Assembly: GCA_963663405.2 (NCBI GenBank)
Contig: CAXXSM010000149.1
Coordinates: forward strand, 64,001-128,000
Reading direction: 5' to 3'
Length of the DNA stretch: 64,000 nucleotides
Origin: a bacterium
Lineage (GTDB): Bacteria; Hinthialibacterota; Hinthialibacteria; Hinthialibacterales; Hinthialibacteraceae
Shown: one piece after another, positions 59,030-64,000 of the stretch
Layout: every line of letters starts with the position of its first letter
Numbering within the stretch: the first letter of the stretch is position 1
Program-made: the position numbers and the translations under genes
The notes under the pieces: model-generated
Database searches by the model: none
Told to the model about the DNA's origin: nothing
Seen by the model: the letters and a program-made list of their open reading frames with translations, nothing else

Positions 59030-59584
59030 ATGTCAAACAACAATCAAGGTATGATCGAACGGTTGGCGCGAGTGGAACGGAAAAACCGTCAACTAGGTAA
59101 AGGACTCGGGATCGCTCTGATCGTGTTGTGTTCGTTGGCGTTCATGGCCATGTCCGACGCGCAAACCGAGAAAGTCCTCAAAGTCAAAGGCATTGCGATT
59201 GTCGATGAAGCGGGAGAAACCGTGGCCTATTTTGGTGTCGACAAAGAGGGAGTCACATCTCTTTCATTTCTCGAAAAGGATGGATTCAGGCAGGAATTGA
59301 GCAATAGAGGAATCGGTATTTATTCTGAAAACCATACCATTGGAATTGGATTTAGCGATGCGGGATTTGGGATTGGCGTTTACGATAAGAATAATGTTGG
59401 CCGAGTCGCTTTAGGCGGTTCACTGACGAGAGAAGTGTATGGAGTAGCCGTCAGCGACAAGAACGACAAAAGGCGAGTCGCTTTGGGGCAAGGGAGCGAT
59501 GAGGTTTTTGGATTCAGCGTGATGGATGCGGAAGGGAAGCCGCACTATTCCGTTCCCGAAAATTTTGACTTGTCTAAAAAATAA
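59030..59584 (+). CDS. hypothetical membrane-anchored protein with Gly-rich beta repeats
   Basis: ERLARVERKNRQL + TM helix; repeated D(K)N...RVALG; AGGAG RBS. Confidence 0.7.
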   Translation: MSNNNQGMIERLARVERKNRQLGKGLGIALIVLCSLAFMAMSDAQTEKVLKVKGIAIVDEAGETVAYFGVDKEGVTSLSFLEKDGFRQELSNRGIGIYSENHTIGIGFSDAGFGIGVYDKNNVGRVALGGSLTREVYGVAVSDKNDKRRVALGQGSDEVFGFSVMDAEGKPHYSVPENFDLSKK

Positions 59585-59596
59585 TGATTCACTGCG

Positions 59597-59635
59597 GTGT
59601 AAGGTGGGATTTCATTCGAACATCCCACCTTACAC
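59597..59635. repeat. 14-bp perfect inverted repeat (REP-like or terminator)
   Basis: GTGTAAGGTGGGAT-11 nt-ATCCCACCTTACAC. Confidence 0.7.
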
Positions 59636-59671
59636 ACTACATCACACACGATTTTTAAAGGAGATTCAATC

Positions 59672-61069
59672 ATGAAAAACAGAACCAAAGTTATTACGCT
59701 TTTATCCATTTTGTCTTTCAGCGTCACCTCTGTGTCACTCACGCAGGAGTCAAATAGTACAAATACCATCGGCATTTTTGAGGATCATCATGATTGGGTG
59801 GCTGGCATGGCTCCCGGTGAGGCCGCATACGATCCAAATACGGGCGAGTATATGATACAAGGATCGAGCGCTCTCTATATTGATGAAGAAAATCGTGAAA
59901 TTGGTATGGGTGGACACGTCGCCTGTTCATGGATTTGTAATGATAGCAATTTTGAGTTAGAAGCCCATGTCACAGCGGAATTTGTGTCCAGTGGGAGTAT
60001 TTTTTCCAGCGCGGTTCTTTTTGTCAGTGAATATGATCCACCGGAAACGATTGATTTATACAACTGTGGCGCGGCGTTTGGAATTGGAGTTACTTCCAAA
60101 TTCAACAGTCTTATCTGTTATTACCAGGAAAAGAGAGGCCCCTATGATATGTCGGTTATTGATGATGAAGTGTATCACGAGGGGCGTCTCAAGTTAGTTA
60201 AAGATGGAAACACTATACAAGCCTTCTTCTTTGATCCATTTTTGGAAGAATGGGTGTTATACGGCGAACACGAAATGGAATTTAATACTCCTGAATTGAC
60301 TGTTGGTTTAGTCGCTAGTTCAGGGAATTCTGTCAATTTATACACTATTGGACGTTTTACTGAGGTAAAGTTGACGATCGATGACACCCCCGGTGGATCG
60401 GATATTCCATCATCGGTTTCAGAACCAGTCGGTATGTTCGAAAACCATCGGGATGTGTTTCCCGGCCTCATGGCCGCCGGTGAAACCAGTTATGATCCAG
60501 ACACTGACGAATATGTAATTATTGGATCATCTTACAATAATAATTATGGGCATATCGCCTATTCAACATTCAATAGTCAGGATGATTTCATATTCGAAGG
60601 TGAAATCCTTTCAGAGCATATCGACAGTGACGATGAATGGGGTGGAGCCAGCTTATACATTCAAGAAGGGGATCCTGCCAGCACGCTCGATGACATCGAG
60701 AATTACAGCGCTTTTTATTGTGTCGGCATAGCTGCCAAAACTCAACTCATTTCAGTGTGGTATCAAGAGATTCAAGGGCCTTACGCTGTTTCGTATCCGG
60801 CGAATATCGGCTTGGAATGCAATCACGATGGACGTATAAAAATTGTAAAAGAGGGTGAGATTTTCAGTTCCTATTTTTTTGATCCGGATTTGGATGATTG
60901 GATTTTGCGAGATGAACGGATTCTTCTATTTTCGGAACCCACGATGGTGATTGGTATTTTTGTAGGTTCTAGTATCGACAATAAATACTCAAAGGGAACA
61001 TTTAGAAATTTAAAACTCACTGTTAATGGTATACAAAGCGGTGTTGAAGATTGGACAATGTATAGATAA
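59672..61069 (+). CDS. secreted acidic protein with two ConA-like domains and C-terminal W-motif
   Basis: signal peptide; IGIFEDHHDW..GEAAYDPNTGEY / VGMFENHRDV..GETSYDPDTDEY; ends QSGVEDWTMYR. Confidence 0.75.
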   Translation: MKNRTKVITLLSILSFSVTSVSLTQESNSTNTIGIFEDHHDWVAGMAPGEAAYDPNTGEYMIQGSSALYIDEENREIGMGGHVACSWICNDSNFELEAHVTAEFVSSGSIFSSAVLFVSEYDPPETIDLYNCGAAFGIGVTSKFNSLICYYQEKRGPYDMSVIDDEVYHEGRLKLVKDGNTIQAFFFDPFLEEWVLYGEHEMEFNTPELTVGLVASSGNSVNLYTIGRFTEVKLTIDDTPGGSDIPSSVSEPVGMFENHRDVFPGLMAAGETSYDPDTDEYVIIGSSYNNNYGHIAYSTFNSQDDFIFEGEILSEHIDSDDEWGGASLYIQEGDPASTLDDIENYSAFYCVGIAAKTQLISVWYQEIQGPYAVSYPANIGLECNHDGRIKIVKEGEIFSSYFFDPDLDDWILRDERILLFSEPTMVIGIFVGSSIDNKYSKGTFRNLKLTVNGIQSGVEDWTMYR

Positions 61070-61087
61070 ACAAGGTAATATCATCTA

Positions 61088-61135
61088 ACCATCGTGTATC
61101 AATTTATGTTACAATTGTAAACGATACACGATGGT
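61088..61135. terminator. 13-bp inverted repeat hairpin between genes
   Basis: ACCATCGTGTATC ... GATACACGATGGT. Confidence 0.55.
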
Positions 61136-61158
61136 CAGAAAAATAATCAGGACATAAA

Positions 61159-64000
61159 ATGATGAAACCAGTATTCCGAATCATTGTAATGTTGTTGACC
61201 TATCTGATATCTTCCCCATATGCAATCTTTTCACAAGATACAGGTAACTGGAATGTATGGACAACGGCGGATGGATTGACGCATACCGCAGTACGAGTTA
61301 TCCGTGTGGGTGATTCGGGCCGTGTGTATATCTCTCCACTCACAGATATTGGAATTAATGTCTATGATGGATATTCCATGATTCAACTTCCAGATCTTCC
61401 AAATGAACTTGCCGTTCTCGAAGGCGCTGAAGGAGAACTCTGGGCTCCTTATCTAATGAATCAGAAAATAGCCGGTGTTCAACAATACAAATATCCATCA
61501 GAAAATATCGCTGGGGGAGAATGGATTGCGCATGAAATTCGGGAAGCTTCTGAAGCCGATTTTTACGATCACCAGTGTAACCGGAATTGGAGCGATTTTC
61601 GTTATCATAAATATGGGAAACTGCTGCCGCTCAAACAAAACCGGATCCTTCTTCTTCTCCCAGACAAATTAATTGAATTTAATTCAGAAACCAAAACGAC
61701 GAAAACCGTATTGCGGGTTGAAGATACGGTTTTAGATCGATTCAACGAGATGGCTCCATCAATGAATGGCAATATTTGGATTGTCGGCCATTACAATATA
61801 ATAAAAGTCGACCGTCTGGCCATTGAAGAATCGACACAACCAACATGCGCGCCATATCTCAATACGCCATTAGATGAAAACTATTTTTTCTTTCGATACG
61901 CCGGTCAATTTTGCCAGTTACCGTTCGAGAATGTCGCTAACGAACTTTTCATGCCCACCACATCTAAAAAAGACCAAGCGTTGTTTGTGGCTCATTTAAA
62001 AAATCATTCTGTCCAGTGGATTAAACCTCAATTTGCCAAGCATGTGCTCGATGGTGTAAGTGGGAACAATGGCAGTTATTGGGTAACCGAATGGGGGCAA
62101 ACCGGCGAGGGCTATCATTTGTTGCAATACAACCATTTCAATGAAGTGATCCAACATCGAGAAGATAAAGGTTGGATTAATGCGGTAGAGCCGAATGAAA
62201 TTTTTTGGGTATGTAATAACGCGGGAATGGAACGTCATGCCCCTTCGCTTTGGCAACCCCTTCCGGCAATGAACAACCACGCGTTAGCTCATACGATCGA
62301 TAAGCAAGGACGGCTGTGGATCGCTTCATTATTAAAACTTTACTGCTATGAAAATGGCATATGGAAAGAGCCGTTTGAATTTCCGAACGATTTCTTTGAT
62401 CCCAAATTGTTTCGTGGAACCTCTTTTCATATACACGATATCGCCTGTTTGCAGGATGGCCGTTTACTCATTCCGACATTTTGTAATATTTTCCTGCTCT
62501 TCGATCCTTCCACTGAGCAGTTTGAAATCATACCTCATCCCGATAAAACACGAAAAATCGGTGAATTTGTTCATCCACGTATGGATGGAACCGCATGGAT
62601 TATCTCTCATGCGTCAGAACAAACCACGATTTTTTCCTTTCAATTAGAAATCTTTGATGGGAAAGAAGCCCGTCCCTTTCTACAAGGCAAAGAAGATTGG
62701 AACATCGGCAGATTATTCGTAATACTCGAATCCAAAAACGGAGATATTTGGTTAGGTGGTAGTCGAGGCGCCGGACTGTATAAATCCGGAGAATACCGGC
62801 TGTTGGATCAAACTTCCGGTTTCCCCGGCAGTGGTGGTCTCGCGATCGCCGAATTACAAAATGGCAATATCTGGATCGCGGACGATACCAGCGTTTATGA
62901 ATTTGATGGTGAGCAATGGACTATAGTCCTCGATGGATTGCAATACGTCGAAAATATATTTCAAAGCAGCGACGGTAGTATTTGGGTAACGACAACAACG
63001 GGTGTTTATCGTTTTTACAACAATTGCTGGATTAAATATACAGAAGAAAATGGTCTTCGCAATTCCATCACCCATTTTACGTTTGAATATCCGCAAGGTC
63101 AAATTTGGATTTCTCAACGATCTGATGGTTTGTGCCAGTTTCATCCTGAAAACGATCCTGATCCACCGGTCGGACTCATTTTGGACAAAAAAAACTTGCG
63201 TCAAATCGCTCCCGGTGGTGACACATTGATTGTCTATTCAGGTATGGATAAATGGAAATACACAAAAACTGAAGAATTGTTGTATCGCTATCGTATCGAC
63301 GCAAGCGACTGGTGTGATTATACGCATGACACTCTCGCCTTTTTCCGTTCGCTCCATTCAGGCAGGCATCGCTTTGAATTGCAAGTCATGGATCAAAATT
63401 TTAACCTCTCAAAATCGATTTTTTGGGATTTCGAAGTCTTATGGCCGTGGTACAAACAATCCATATTTTGGATTTTGTTCTCATTTACTGGAACGATTAT
63501 ACTCCTCCTCCTTGGTTTTCATCTCTTCCATCATTTCAACCTTGAACGCCTTGTCGCTCAACGCACAGAACACCTTTCAAAAGCGAATGAACAACTCCAT
63601 GACAACCAAACTAAACTCCGCACGCTCTCGCAGGAACTCTCGATTGCAGAAGAACGTGAGCGGCGGCAGATTGCAACTGACTTACATGATCAAATCGGTC
63701 AATCGCTGGCGTTGTGTAAAATCCAAACTCAATCCATCCACGCTTTATCCACCGGAACCGGTCTGGAAGACAACTTAATCCAGCTGCGCGATTCCATTCA
63801 TCAAACCATTCAAGACACTCGCTCTCTGACGTTCGAAATCAGCCCTCCTGTTCTGTACGAAATTGGCCTGTCAGCCGCAGTTACGTGGCTTGCACGAAAT
63901 TTGCAGGAAAAATTCGGCTTGGAAATTGTTGTGCAAGAAGACGATCCCTTCGATCAGCTCAACGAAGATCTTCGTTCATTCCTGTTTCGAGCCATTCGCG
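61159..64000 (+). CDS. sensor histidine kinase: periplasmic Reg_prop beta-propeller + Y_Y_Y-like domain + TM + HisKA_3 (runs off the window end)
   Basis: open frame from ATG 61159; WTTADGL, DKQGRLWI, SKNGDIWLG, YTEENGL, YRYRID, PWYKQS + TM, ERRQIATDLHDQIGQSLAL, EISPPVLYEIGL; absent from the ORF track because it has no stop. Confidence 0.88.
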   Translation, partial: MMKPVFRIIVMLLTYLISSPYAIFSQDTGNWNVWTTADGLTHTAVRVIRVGDSGRVYISPLTDIGINVYDGYSMIQLPDLPNELAVLEGAEGELWAPYLMNQKIAGVQQYKYPSENIAGGEWIAHEIREASEADFYDHQCNRNWSDFRYHKYGKLLPLKQNRILLLLPDKLIEFNSETKTTKTVLRVEDTVLDRFNEMAPSMNGNIWIVGHYNIIKVDRLAIEESTQPTCAPYLNTPLDENYFFFRYAGQFCQLPFENVANELFMPTTSKKDQALFVAHLKNHSVQWIKPQFAKHVLDGVSGNNGSYWVTEWGQTGEGYHLLQYNHFNEVIQHREDKGWINAVEPNEIFWVCNNAGMERHAPSLWQPLPAMNNHALAHTIDKQGRLWIASLLKLYCYENGIWKEPFEFPNDFFDPKLFRGTSFHIHDIACLQDGRLLIPTFCNIFLLFDPSTEQFEIIPHPDKTRKIGEFVHPRMDGTAWIISHASEQTTIFSFQLEIFDGKEARPFLQGKEDWNIGRLFVILESKNGDIWLGGSRGAGLYKSGEYRLLDQTSGFPGSGGLAIAELQNGNIWIADDTSVYEFDGEQWTIVLDGLQYVENIFQSSDGSIWVTTTTGVYRFYNNCWIKYTEENGLRNSITHFTFEYPQGQIWISQRSDGLCQFHPENDPDPPVGLILDKKNLRQIAPGGDTLIVYSGMDKWKYTKTEELLYRYRIDASDWCDYTHDTLAFFRSLHSGRHRFELQVMDQNFNLSKSIFWDFEVLWPWYKQSIFWILFSFTGTIILLLLGFHLFHHFNLERLVAQRTEHLSKANEQLHDNQTKLRTLSQELSIAEERERRQIATDLHDQIGQSLALCKIQTQSIHALSTGTGLEDNLIQLRDSIHQTIQDTRSLTFEISPPVLYEIGLSAAVTWLARNLQEKFGLEIVVQEDDPFDQLNEDLRSFLFRAIR

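Noticed and set aside
61475-63778. Several short ORFs listed in the track
   Set aside because: They lie off-frame or antisense within the continuous sensor-kinase frame starting at 61159
1-64000. CRISPR arrays, rRNA, tRNA, prophage
   Set aside because: No regularly spaced repeats, RNA gene signatures or phage genes seen on reading

Overview
Gene-dense bacterial window dominated by carbohydrate and sugar-acid catabolism: glycoside hydrolases (GH2-, GH10-, GH13-, GH20-like, GH39-like, DUF2961/GH172, DUF6259), three paralogous MFS permeases, three SDRs, two enolase-superfamily dehydratases, an RraA/HMG-aldolase and two GntR/FadR regulators. It also carries queG, a toxin-first RelE/XRE toxin-antitoxin pair, an atypical glycyl radical enzyme with its activase, a frameshifted HmuS/U/V-like (CobN + ExbB + DUF2149) module, an intact IS1634 element with a 5-bp target duplication, two copies of a MITE/REP-like palindromic element, a solitary attC-like site and a truncated beta-propeller sensor kinase that the ORF track misses. 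The most striking pattern: four unrelated secreted acidic proteins end in a shared motif, [TS]-[PSG]-[VI]-x-[DEN]-W-x-x-[YF]. Three of them lie next to a class III signal (pseudopilin-like) gene at the head of nutrient-utilisation loci, where other bacteria would have a TonB-dependent receptor or SusCD pair. This suggests a pilin-plus-tagged-cargo substrate capture or export system. The gene style resembles Ca. Hinthialibacterota (OLB16) or Sumerlaeota-like lineages, but this is inference only. All family calls come from motif recognition without database searches.
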